A stretch of DNA of 64,000 bases, taken from a virus. Taxonomy: Duplodnaviria; Caudoviricetes. The stretch lies in IMG/VR virus record IMGVR_UViG_3300029288_005873, positions 377,905-441,904 of that record. One strand, given 5' to 3'. The notes beneath the pieces were generated by a model. The model searched no databases, had not been told where the DNA came from, and saw nothing but the letters and a program-made list of their open reading frames with translations. Numbering within the stretch: the first letter of the stretch is position 1; every line of letters begins with the position of its first letter. This document shows, piece by piece, positions 36,957-46,519 of this stretch. The position numbers and the translations under genes are program-made.

Positions 36957-38552
36957 TTATACTCCTTGTGGCGTTTTGGCTGGTAGCTGTTCTTTAACTT
37001 CAGTCGCAGTCTCCTCAGCTGGAGCTGGAGGCAAAGAAGGCTTGCCCTTTTCTGTGGACTGTTCCGTAGGCTGTTCGGCTGGTTTTTCAGAAACACTAGC
37101 TGCCGTTTCTTCTGCTGAAGGACCCATATCTACACTTGGTGCCTTCTTTTCCTGCTTATCACTTTCATCACGCAGACCACCGCGCAATTTCCCTATAATT
37201 TTCTCGAGTCTAGTGCCCACATATGAGTCGGTCTCCAGCAAACGTCCTATGGCTTCACCCAATTCTGGAAAATAAGAAACAATGTTACGACTATCCATCA
37301 TCATATCAACTTTGGAAAGTTGACGCACCGTTTCACGTTCCTTGAACCGTTTCACAATTGGCTCAAGAGTATTGATTATATCCATGATGGTCGATCCAGC
37401 AAACGGATTTTCATCCTTAGGAGAGGAATTTTCTGTTTCTGGTTCAGGTTTAGGCTCTGGAGGTGGAGGCGGTTCAGGAAGACTTTCCATTGCTCCTGGA
37501 GGCATTCCTTCAGGAGCAGCATTTGCGTCTGGAGATGCCGACGGTTCATCAGGCATTGGGGAGGGACTACCCAAATCCTCAGAAGGGGGTGTAGAAGGCA
37601 AATCTGTAGTTCCCGAGGGTTTAATTTCGTATTCATGACCTGTAAGAGCTTTTTCAATTTGGCTAGCTATATCCTGACCAGGTTCCTGTGCTATCTTAAG
37701 CAGGGTTTCTGCTCCATCATGAAACCCTTCCCTTGTCCACAATCCTGCGGTTCTTATAATCCTATCTCGCATAGATGAAGCTGTTCTCAAACCAGTAATT
37801 TCCTGTTCTAGATCAGACAGTGCTCTATATATGCTATTCCAACGTTCTTGTGACCACACTGGCGGCACGAAAAGACGTAAAAGCTTTTTAGCAGAATCGA
37901 GCCTACCAATAAGGGATTTTCTATTTTCTTCTATAGAGCGTTCTTCTGGTTTTCGCCTAACACGAGTTAGAGGAACCTCAACTTGTTGTCCAACGGGAGG
38001 TTGCTGGACAGCAGCATATTTCTCATGGTCGCCGCGCTCATAATACCTGAGCCATTGTTGGAAATCTGTTATCTCCACAGGATCCCACTCCTCAGTTAAA
38101 CTACGGAACACATGGTCTCTATGTGCTCCTATGCGCTCGGCAGCATGAATCTCTCCGAGCGTTTTTACCCACTTGTCAACATTGCGCTGCGGCTTCATAT
38201 TCGTCTCCATGACTCCAGCCGTATTGGGGTACGCTACCTTCGTCCTTCTCCCCCCCATTGCGCGATATAAAGCACTACGAATATCCGTCAAATCGACATT
38301 CTCGGTATTGCGCAACTCATTGAAAGCCTTAGTAATAACAGTATCTCTATCAGATGGCATAGGAAAACCAGTCTCATCGCAAAGCTCATCTAAAAAAAGA
38401 TCCAAATAAAACACAAGGTTACGTTGACGCTCACCTTCTACTTCAAGCTTTTCAAGAAGTCTGGCATCATCATCCACCATCTGGAGAAGATCATCGTCGA
38501 AACCATCGTCGGACATGTTATACAACATGTCCTTAACATAGCTAGTCGGCAT
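36957..38552 (-). CDS. Hypothetical head-region protein with Pro/Glu-rich linkers
   Basis: 531-aa ORF with KVAYP, RTASS and KIAQ motifs. Confidence 0.7.
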   Translation of the reverse strand: MPTSYVKDMLYNMSDDGFDDDLLQMVDDDARLLEKLEVEGERQRNLVFYLDLFLDELCDETGFPMPSDRDTVITKAFNELRNTENVDLTDIRSALYRAMGGRRTKVAYPNTAGVMETNMKPQRNVDKWVKTLGEIHAAERIGAHRDHVFRSLTEEWDPVEITDFQQWLRYYERGDHEKYAAVQQPPVGQQVEVPLTRVRRKPEERSIEENRKSLIGRLDSAKKLLRLFVPPVWSQERWNSIYRALSDLEQEITGLRTASSMRDRIIRTAGLWTREGFHDGAETLLKIAQEPGQDIASQIEKALTGHEYEIKPSGTTDLPSTPPSEDLGSPSPMPDEPSASPDANAAPEGMPPGAMESLPEPPPPPEPKPEPETENSSPKDENPFAGSTIMDIINTLEPIVKRFKERETVRQLSKVDMMMDSRNIVSYFPELGEAIGRLLETDSYVGTRLEKIIGKLRGGLRDESDKQEKKAPSVDMGPSAEETAASVSEKPAEQPTEQSTEKGKPSLPPAPAEETATEVKEQLPAKTPQGV

Positions 38553-39300
38553 CTAAATCCTCCGATGGCTCGACCACTTCAGCCTCTGGCAGGGCGGCAA
38601 TTTCATCACGCATACTAGCCAATGACTTTGCGGAAGAAACCGTGGGTGGAGAATATGTAAGATCGCGTACACTAGTGTTTAGACGATCCAAGAAAACAAC
38701 AGCCAATTCTGGATCCATCTCCTTCAGCAATTCATGAACTGCCTGCCTGAGAATTGCCATCTGATCCTGAATGACTGTTACGCTTATGTTCGTCTCAACT
38801 TTACAATCTGCCACCTTATCTACATATTTTGCCCATTTATCTATCATCATAAAATAGCGGTCAAAATATCCTTGGAGCAACTTTTCCTTATCTACCGAAA
38901 TTTCTCCGCGCTGTGCCATGTCAAAAAGGTCTTCAAGCCTGGAGGTAATAAGAGTCTCCATCGCCACAAGACCCTTTTTGATATCTACGTGCATGTTTAC
39001 TATCTCATTTATCTTTTGCTTATAAGATGGAAGGTTCTTGACGATCGTATGCTCCTTGGACAATGCTTTGTCGTTCTCATGTTCTCTGGTAACTTTCTTA
39101 ATATCATCTAGAACTTCTCCCTCCAGCTTCAAATGCTTTTTACGAAATTCCTGGAGTGTAGGAACGGACAGTTGCTTGCCTTTGTCATCAGGGTACATTT
39201 CGCGCAAGGTTTTACTCACCCAGCGCACGCCTTTTCCATCCCTCAGCCATTTGATTATCCGGTTCTTGTCCGGATGCTCCATGATTTTGGGGAAAGCCAT
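38542..39300 (-). CDS. Helical protein with N-terminal HTH-like region (possible terminase small subunit)
   Basis: HPDKNRIIKWLRDGKGVRWVSKTL followed by coiled-coil; upstream of TerL. The TerS call is inference only. Confidence 0.35.
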   Translation of the reverse strand: MAFPKIMEHPDKNRIIKWLRDGKGVRWVSKTLREMYPDDKGKQLSVPTLQEFRKKHLKLEGEVLDDIKKVTREHENDKALSKEHTIVKNLPSYKQKINEIVNMHVDIKKGLVAMETLITSRLEDLFDMAQRGEISVDKEKLLQGYFDRYFMMIDKWAKYVDKVADCKVETNISVTVIQDQMAILRQAVHELLKEMDPELAVVFLDRLNTSVRDLTYSPPTVSSAKSLASMRDEIAALPEAEVVEPSEDLDAD

Positions 39301-39310
39301 TCTAATGCCC

Positions 39311-40018
39311 CTAGTTGATTGTGTTTAGTACACTCTGCCGCGAATCGAACAGTCTTTGTGGAAGAGCATATGGGGTTGTCATTGGGGTCTGGGCAGCAAT
39401 ACTTCCACCAGGAACCCTCTGTCCTCTATAGTTGGTATATCCGCCTTCGTAGTCATATGTCCTACCATCAACTGGACACTGGTATACACATTCGGAAACA
39501 CGAACAGCTTGAACCCCAACATGATCTGGACAATAGCGTGTAGACAGTGACGATTTATGCCCAGGTTTCATTGGTAGGTTTTCATCAAAATTATTAACGA
39601 TCTCGGCAGCTCTATCTACCATTTCAGCAAGAACATGTTTTCCTACAGAATCTAGCTGGTCAGCAAGCACTACAAGTTCTTGTATAGTCTGTGATGCTGT
39701 AACCGGAGTCGAGATCGATTGTTTCATATCATGTGCCGCAAGTCCAAATTCCCTAACCTGGTCCAATAGACGCTTCATAGCCGTTGGCATTTGCGCAGAA
39801 GATGAAAACATACGCAAAGCATTAAGCATTTCGGCATGAATATTTACGAGCCTGTCGGCAAGCTGCGCCTGTTGCATTTGCTGTACCTGTTGAGCTCTTT
39901 TCAACATTATGGCGCTCTCATCAAGAATATCAGCCATCGCATATGCGCCAATCGCATCAAGCTTATCAGCGAGCTTGACAAGATATCCTGATCGTCCCAA
40001 GGTGGAATTTATCGTCAT
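39311..40018 (-). CDS. Head-region protein with two LxxLAxxLDxxG motifs and a CPDH...CP Zn-binding motif
   Basis: LVKLADKLDAIGAYAMADILD, LVVLADQLDSVGKHVLAEMVD and LSTRYCPDH...YQCPVDG. Confidence 0.75.
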   Translation of the reverse strand: MTINSTLGRSGYLVKLADKLDAIGAYAMADILDESAIMLKRAQQVQQMQQAQLADRLVNIHAEMLNALRMFSSSAQMPTAMKRLLDQVREFGLAAHDMKQSISTPVTASQTIQELVVLADQLDSVGKHVLAEMVDRAAEIVNNFDENLPMKPGHKSSLSTRYCPDHVGVQAVRVSECVYQCPVDGRTYDYEGGYTNYRGQRVPGGSIAAQTPMTTPYALPQRLFDSRQSVLNTIN

Positions 40019-41682
40019 TTGTCTCCAACTAGAACCTTGGCATTGCTAAAAAAAGCACCCTCGTCGGACTGATTCTTACGCGCATGATATGTAGAAGCCA
40101 AATGGCACACACCATCATCGTCCTGTACCACCTTATGTAGTGGAACCATAAAATGTCCACAAAGTGGGAAAATAGAATTGGAACTTTTCAGAATACGCCC
40201 ACAGCGTGATTCCTGGGCTTGTTTTGCGCTGCCGACATCAACTAGTATCTTCTGATAATCAAGTATAGCGTTACGATAAGTTTCCTTATCAAAACGCTCA
40301 GCAATAGCTTCCATGATTTCGTCACAAGCTTTGAGGTTACCCTCAGCAGCATTCCTGATTATAGCATCTTTTAGATCATGATACCCCATGGAAAGAAGCT
40401 GGCTATCTCTACGTACGGCAACATTAATAGTCTCTGGCTCACGAGCAAGCATAACCTTAAGGTTCTTTTCACTAAAGTCTTCAACCTTATCTCCCTGCGC
40501 AAAGACAGATGGCATAAGGGGCTGGTTGTCTCGCATCTCAATCGGTACATCAATACCCACTTTACCACGCGGCGTATTAAGAATTGCCTCACAAATAAAC
40601 CCGTCCTGGGTGGGCGCAGATACACGAACTTGCGAACCCTTAAAACCCATAGAGGCAAGTTCTGCCAAGAGCATGCGCTTGGCTAGCCTTACAGCAAGTT
40701 GTGGAAAACCAACAGCTGCTTCAAGAACACTTTCTTCTATTTCAGAGGTAAGCGCTTTCAAAGGTTCGGGAACAGGAGAACGCGGAATCTCTACATCGCC
40801 AACAACCTTTTCATCATGTATAGGAGCAAAAAGCCCAGGGGCAGACAGTCCTTGAGTACCATTCTCGCTAGGCAACATATTAGCAATCTTCTCCACTTGA
40901 TCGGCGGAGGCTTTTGGTTTTGACTGCATAGTGAGAATGTCCAAAGATTTAAGGACGGCTGATACATCAGGCAAACGTTCGTTACGAACAGAAGCCTTAT
41001 CAAGGTGGGTCTTGAGGTTGGATGCGGTCAACTCCACAAATCGGTTTCCAGAGACGAAAACGCTGGGCAGCTTATCCCCGGAAGCCTCCATTGGGATATA
41101 AACTCGAACGGCTCCACGATTTGTATCCAAATCAGCCGCGAAGACCAAGTGACGGACATTTCCGCCCGCAATACGAACTCGCGTATTACGCAACCCCATT
41201 GCATAGAGTTCAATACCGACCTTATCGCGAGCTTCAGCCATACATTTTGGATCATAATGACCTTCCGCTAGGTCAAATATTGTGCTAAGTTCCTTAGTCA
41301 GGATTGGCTCCGTCTCGGAAATTGCCTCCTGTAAAGGATCTCTATTTGCTTGTACATATTTTGGGTCTGGAGCTGCTGACGCAGGTTTCCTAGACAGCAG
41401 CAAATCGCCAAGAACTTCACGGAAACGTGTGCCGCTGGCATCTAGACCAATAAGCTGATTGTATATTTGGTCAATCTCCCCTTGACTTATTAGTCTATTT
41501 GGATTCTGACGACTCATGTTTTCGAACACGCCCGCCACCGCTCGGATGACGGCATCCTGCGGATTATCAGCCGCCGCCTTCTCAAGCCTCTGGCTTACAT
41601 GTCCGACCATGTACTCCTTGCCGCATTCCATCTACGACAGCAGGGCCTGGGCCCGGCGCTTGAGTTCATTGAAATGGCTCAT
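40015..41682 (-). CDS. Large hypothetical protein with in-frame TAG at codon 17
   Basis: GGAGGAGAGG RBS precedes ATG 41682: MSHFNELKRRAQALLS*MECGKEY..., in frame with track ORF 40015-41631. Internal duplication (..T.RG.V...IP.E.....LPSVF..G) occurs twice. Confidence 0.7.
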
Positions 41683-41705
41683 GAAACCTCTCCTCCGTAG
41701 GATGT

Positions 41706-42533
41706 CTATTTTACTTTACCACCAAGGAACCAAAAATCTCCTTGTGTATCGCCCTTTGGGGCAACACGAACTATGCTCTTTCCTGCGTCCTTGGCTTTAT
41801 TCAAAGTATCTGCTATTTGGCTTTTCGGAATGTTTAATTCCGATTGTATCCAATCTATACCATAAACATAAGCAAAATTAGCAAGCCTATACATATCATC
41901 AGCACTATTTCTATCAAGTTCTATTAAATCAGGATATGTTGGCAAACTGCCGTCAGATTCATCCGCATTTTGAATGCCATATTCTTTTGCGGAATCGGGC
42001 TCAATACCTTCCAAGGGATCTTCCCCCACAGGCTGTGGGATTTTGGGCATAATGGCAGCTAGTTTTGGGAATGTAGAAGCAAGGGCTGCTTGTTTAGTCA
42101 CTGGCATGGAAGCCAACATCTTGCTAGCAAATCCAGCGTCGGCAAGCTTCGTTTGGACAAAATCGCGAAGTAGTCCAATATCTTTGGGAGTGTTTGCGCC
42201 ATATTCGGCACCCACAAGACGATGGACTGGAAATCCGCAATACGATATAGTTAGACTTGCTTTCTTATTATCTTCTGCCACGCTCCAATCTGACTTCACC
42301 AACATAGCATCATCCTTGGGAAGTTCATAAGTGCGCACAAGAAATTCATTACCGTCATCATCAGCCTGGACCTGCCAGAGGTTTTCCTTGTCATCGTCCA
42401 GCCGAAACATGTCAAAAGCAATCCTTGTAATGCGATGCTCATTCCCAAGCAGAGGAATCCTATCTGGCGCAACAACTGTACAAAGCTGGGAAAAGTCCAG
42501 GTCAAAATGCCCCATCTCAAGCCTCCTTGGCAT
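41706..42533 (-). CDS. Hypothetical protein
   Basis: 275-aa ORF (AFDMFR...LWQVQ..DDG.EFLV) preceded by CTATCAAT. Confidence 0.7.
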   Translation of the reverse strand: MPRRLEMGHFDLDFSQLCTVVAPDRIPLLGNEHRITRIAFDMFRLDDDKENLWQVQADDDGNEFLVRTYELPKDDAMLVKSDWSVAEDNKKASLTISYCGFPVHRLVGAEYGANTPKDIGLLRDFVQTKLADAGFASKMLASMPVTKQAALASTFPKLAAIMPKIPQPVGEDPLEGIEPDSAKEYGIQNADESDGSLPTYPDLIELDRNSADDMYRLANFAYVYGIDWIQSELNIPKSQIADTLNKAKDAGKSIVRVAPKGDTQGDFWFLGGKVK

Positions 42534-42676
42534 ATGGTATTGCGTCCAAAAGGCGCATGTCCAAGTTAATATTCACATATTGATAGAATTTTGCGCACAT
42601 TTGTAGTCCAATTGGGGAAGAATCGGCAGAAATGCCACAAGGAAAACAATAGGAAGGAAAGAATGAGTGCTATAGA

Positions 42677-45439
42677 TTATAACACTACGATTTTGCTAGA
42701 GAATTTAGATCGCAAACCTTTGGTGGCATTGCGCGAATCCACAATCAACTTAGCAACAGAACAGATTTGATGATAGTCTACAATCTTATGGTTTGTTACC
42801 ACAAGAACACAATCAGAGAATTTGGCTGCCGATATGGGATCATCAACCCGTCTCATGTTCTCATTAGAATGCTCCAAATAGATGCTCTCCACATATGGAT
42901 CATGAAAACTTACTTTAGCACCGCCTTCCATCAGAAGGCGGATGACGTCTAATGCTGGAGATTCACGAACATCGGACACATTCGATTTGTATGCCACCCC
43001 AAGAACAAGAATGTTAGCCCCACATAAAGCTTTTTGGCATTTTTTGGACAGAGCATCAACAACCATCCTGACAACATGCTCGGGCATAGATGAATTAATT
43101 TGTTCCGCCAATTCTATAAAACGTGACCGGTAATTGAGACCTCTTAGCTTCCATGCAAGATAATGTGGATCTAGAGAAATACAGTTGTGAACAAAACATC
43201 CAAATCCTGAACAAAAAGTATGTGAATTTTCCACATCAAATGAAAATACTTCTCGATTTGTAACTTTTTCTTTCACAATGTTGGTAATTGCTACTGACGT
43301 AATTTCTCCGTGCCTTTTTACATTCCTAGCTTCAACATTTCTAATCCTACTCTTGAAAATCTCTTTTATCTTTTCGCATTTTCTTTCACCCAAAAAATCT
43401 ATACAGTTATAAACAGCAGAGGTTCCTCCGCCAACTTCAACAAAAAAACCACTTTCATTCCTATGTACCCTAGCTAAAATTCCAAGAGATTGTATTAAAA
43501 ATACTACACCTCTAGCCAAATATTCGCTTGAAGAAAAAAATGAAATTTGTGCGCTATTACAATTATGAAAATAAATTTTGTTTCCTTTTTTACAAATCTT
43601 TTTTCCTATTGAACCGCCGCAAAAACCATCTCCCTTTATAAGAGCTCCTAATAAATTTTTCTTTTGTTCTTGTGGCAAATCAAAACACACTGAGGGTATT
43701 TTTTTATTATAACAATCACAACCACATCCTAAAACATCCCTGAGTACAAATCCTAAAATCGAGGAAGAAATTCTAATATGAAAAGAATTATCCTGTATAT
43801 ATGTTGAAAATGAAATACCCATTTTATTTAGAATCGATTTAACATCTTCTATGTATTCTTTTTCATGAGTTCCAAAAGTCAACCTAACTCTTGGGATATG
43901 TTTCTCTTCAGTTAAACATCCCTCACTTAAAAAATATCCAACCAATCTAGAAAAATCATTATCAAAATTTATTATTGCTGGAATGCTAGAATAAGAAGGT
44001 CCCCTACCAGTTACTATGTTAGCTTTATTTCTTAAATTAAAACCATGACACTCTTCTAATTTTATAAACAAATCGGCTGGTAGGTAATTATTAGAAATAA
44101 AATCATACTTTTTATCATTATTACAAATACTATATATTTCTTTTTTGAATTCTGACCATGTATGATTTTTAAGTTTAATTCTTAATCTATTAATGCGATT
44201 TTCAGGTATACTTTTTAATACATCTATAAAAGGTATAAATGTATTATTTGTAATATTTTTATATAAAAAGGGAATGCGGTTATTTATTTGTAATTTTGTT
44301 GCTTCTATTATGTTAAACTTATCTCCATCTAAAACTAACATTGGATGATCTTCTGTTATACAGAGCTTATATCCATAATTTGTTTTAATATTAATCATAT
44401 TTCCAGAGAAACATCTTTTAGAAAAAGATGTTACTTTGTTCCATTCTATTTTTCCTTTTTCATCTATGCTTAACAATTCTAAACCTGGAACGTTTACGGC
44501 ATTTATATCATTAAAACAAAACTTATTCCAAATTTTCCAAACTTGGTCTAAGTTTATCTGTCCATTATAACGATAATATATCCATTCATTTTCATCTAAA
44601 CAATGTCCTCCTACACCGGGACCTGGCCAGAATGGCATAAAGCCAAAAGGCTTGGTTGCAGCAGCACCTATAACCTCCCACACGTCAAGCCCAAGTTTCT
44701 CACATTCCAAAGCTGTCTCATTGGCTAAGGCTATATTAACCATTCTAAAAGTATTCTCAATCACTTTTGCCATTTCCGCTGCGTCACAGGAACTAACAGG
44801 AATGATTTCCGATACCAGAACAGAATAGAATAAAGTAGCAACTACCGAAGATTCTTTATCTATTCCGCCAACAACTTTAGGAGTATTTTGAACACCGAAA
44901 CGCTCATTACTAGGATCAACCCGTTCTGGAGAAAAAGCAACCATCAAATTCGTATCCAAGGACAATTTTCCATCCGTGGTAAGTTCAGGCACCATTGCCT
45001 CACGGGTTAAACCGGGATAAACAGTTGATTCAAGAATAACTAGACGTTCTGGACATGGATGCGGAGAATTAACACGAATCATGCGAACCGAATCCATGAC
45101 CATTGTTACGTCTGGGTCCTTAGTTTTGTTGAGCGGGGTGGGTACACAAATTATCACAATATCAGGATCACGCATTGCAATAATTGGATCACTTGTAGCA
45201 AATAAAATAGGTTGCCCATCTACAGGATTTGTTAATTGATCATCCTGTATATCGCCTATATATGACTTACCAGCAAGTATGCTGTCTACCTTATTCCTAT
45301 TAATATCAAAGACAGTTACTTTATACCCAACATTGGCGCACCGTACAGCCAAAGGCAAACCAACATATCCGCCTCCGATGATAGTGACTTTTGCGTTTTT
45401 TGTATGAATTTTCGCAATAATCTCGTCGCCTTTGATCAT
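42677..45439 (-). CDS. Nucleotide-sugar (UDP-GlcNAc/UDP-glucose/GDP-mannose family) dehydrogenase with intein
   Basis: GGGYVGLP, ICVPTP, ESTVYPG, FSPERVDP, K..ENTFR.VNIA, GPGVGGH|C..DP, LGVAYK...D.RESP; ~447 aa after splicing. Confidence 0.92.
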   Translation of the reverse strand: MIKGDEIIAKIHTKNAKVTIIGGGYVGLPLAVRCANVGYKVTVFDINRNKVDSILAGKSYIGDIQDDQLTNPVDGQPILFATSDPIIAMRDPDIVIICVPTPLNKTKDPDVTMVMDSVRMIRVNSPHPCPERLVILESTVYPGLTREAMVPELTTDGKLSLDTNLMVAFSPERVDPSNERFGVQNTPKVVGGIDKESSVVATLFYSVLVSEIIPVSSCDAAEMAKVIENTFRMVNIALANETALECEKLGLDVWEVIGAAATKPFGFMPFWPGPGVGGHCLDENEWIYYRYNGQINLDQVWKIWNKFCFNDINAVNVPGLELLSIDEKGKIEWNKVTSFSKRCFSGNMINIKTNYGYKLCITEDHPMLVLDGDKFNIIEATKLQINNRIPFLYKNITNNTFIPFIDVLKSIPENRINRLRIKLKNHTWSEFKKEIYSICNNDKKYDFISNNYLPADLFIKLEECHGFNLRNKANIVTGRGPSYSSIPAIINFDNDFSRLVGYFLSEGCLTEEKHIPRVRLTFGTHEKEYIEDVKSILNKMGISFSTYIQDNSFHIRISSSILGFVLRDVLGCGCDCYNKKIPSVCFDLPQEQKKNLLGALIKGDGFCGGSIGKKICKKGNKIYFHNCNSAQISFFSSSEYLARGVVFLIQSLGILARVHRNESGFFVEVGGGTSAVYNCIDFLGERKCEKIKEIFKSRIRNVEARNVKRHGEITSVAITNIVKEKVTNREVFSFDVENSHTFCSGFGCFVHNCISLDPHYLAWKLRGLNYRSRFIELAEQINSSMPEHVVRMVVDALSKKCQKALCGANILVLGVAYKSNVSDVRESPALDVIRLLMEGGAKVSFHDPYVESIYLEHSNENMRRVDDPISAAKFSDCVLVVTNHKIVDYHQICSVAKLIVDSRNATKGLRSKFSSKIVVL
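43184..44602 (-). mobile_element. Intein with LAGLIDADG endonuclease (473 aa), strongly AT-rich
   Basis: GGH|CLDENE...ITEDHP...LVGYFLSEG...LLGALIKGDG...VFSFDVENSHTF...FVHN|CIS. Confidence 0.93.
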
Positions 45440-45622
45440 TTTACATCCTTATTGGAAGATTTTCCAGGCTATTCGCCACAGTTTACTGACACAGGAAAAG
45501 CTCAAAATGCCTATCTTGGCATTGCCTGTCTTATTGCTAGATTTCGCAAAACCTTCTGCGCAAATGTGCTCATGTTCAATTGATAGAAGATTTTTACAAT
45601 CTATACAAAAGAAAAGACGCAT

Positions 45623-46159
45623 TTAATCATCATCCTCTTCAGCATAAACTTCCCCAATGCGTTTAAGTATAGCCAACACTCGCTCATCCTTCAAACACAT
45701 CTTTCGCAACTTTTTGATAGCTCCTCCATAGCATGCCCCACCATTACCGTAGTCTATGTTCCCGCTTATAGTTTTATGTACTGTTGTCTGGTGTATTCCC
45801 AATCTTTGCCCTATCTCAATCTGTGTTTTACCTTGAAGGCGCAATGCCATAACCTGAGCCTGTCTTTTTGTAAGTACGCTTTTGATTAGACGCCTAACTT
45901 CTTTCATAAGCTGCTGACGTAGATCAAGAAGTTCCTCGGAATAACCTGCCGAACTTGCTTGAGCACCAAGGCTGCCTTCGCTCGGGAAATCCGACAAAAC
46001 AAATGGGTCTATGGGAATCTCTATTATACGATACTGGTATGAATCTGATTTATTCTTGCGCGACACCGTAAACGCCTCAGAGGAGGGCTGTTCGCCCTCC
46101 TCCTCATCATCAGATATCTTGTCCGCAATGTCGTCGTCAATATCGTCGTGCGTTGACAT
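45623..46159 (-). CDS. Sigma-70 region 4 / LuxR-type HTH protein
   Basis: LTKRQAQVMALRLQGKTQIEIGQRLGIHQTTVHK. Confidence 0.75.
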   Translation of the reverse strand: MSTHDDIDDDIADKISDDEEEGEQPSSEAFTVSRKNKSDSYQYRIIEIPIDPFVLSDFPSEGSLGAQASSAGYSEELLDLRQQLMKEVRRLIKSVLTKRQAQVMALRLQGKTQIEIGQRLGIHQTTVHKTISGNIDYGNGGACYGGAIKKLRKMCLKDERVLAILKRIGEVYAEEDDD

Positions 46160-46179
46160 GACCGTTCTCCCCTAAGCGA

Positions 46180-46518
46180 TCATTTGTCTTGTTTATTGTT
46201 TTTCTTTTCTTGGCATTCCTTGAATGCTCTTAGGAAAGCTGCCGACATGTGAAGCTCTGTTCCACAGGTTACACAATGGGCAACACCTTCCGATAGCGTA
46301 AACTCTTTTGGTGCTGCACAAGTTGGACAACGTACCTGAAAAGGTTTATTCTCTGCCGAACGCCTCACTTGACCAAATGCTACAAGAGTCCTCTTCATTT
46401 GTTCCGTAATATTAGATATTGGCTTTCCGCAAGTCATACATATCACTTCATTTGTTGATTTGTCCAGCTGAGCTTCAGTGGTCTGTAAACACCCCTTGTT
46501 TGTACAAGTTATCAGCAT
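46180..46518 (-). CDS. Double Zn-ribbon protein
   Basis: CTNKGC..CMTC..CPTC..CVTC. Confidence 0.7.
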   Translation of the reverse strand: MLITCTNKGCLQTTEAQLDKSTNEVICMTCGKPISNITEQMKRTLVAFGQVRRSAENKPFQVRCPTCAAPKEFTLSEGVAHCVTCGTELHMSAAFLRAFKECQEKKNNKQDK

Positions 46519-46519
46519 A

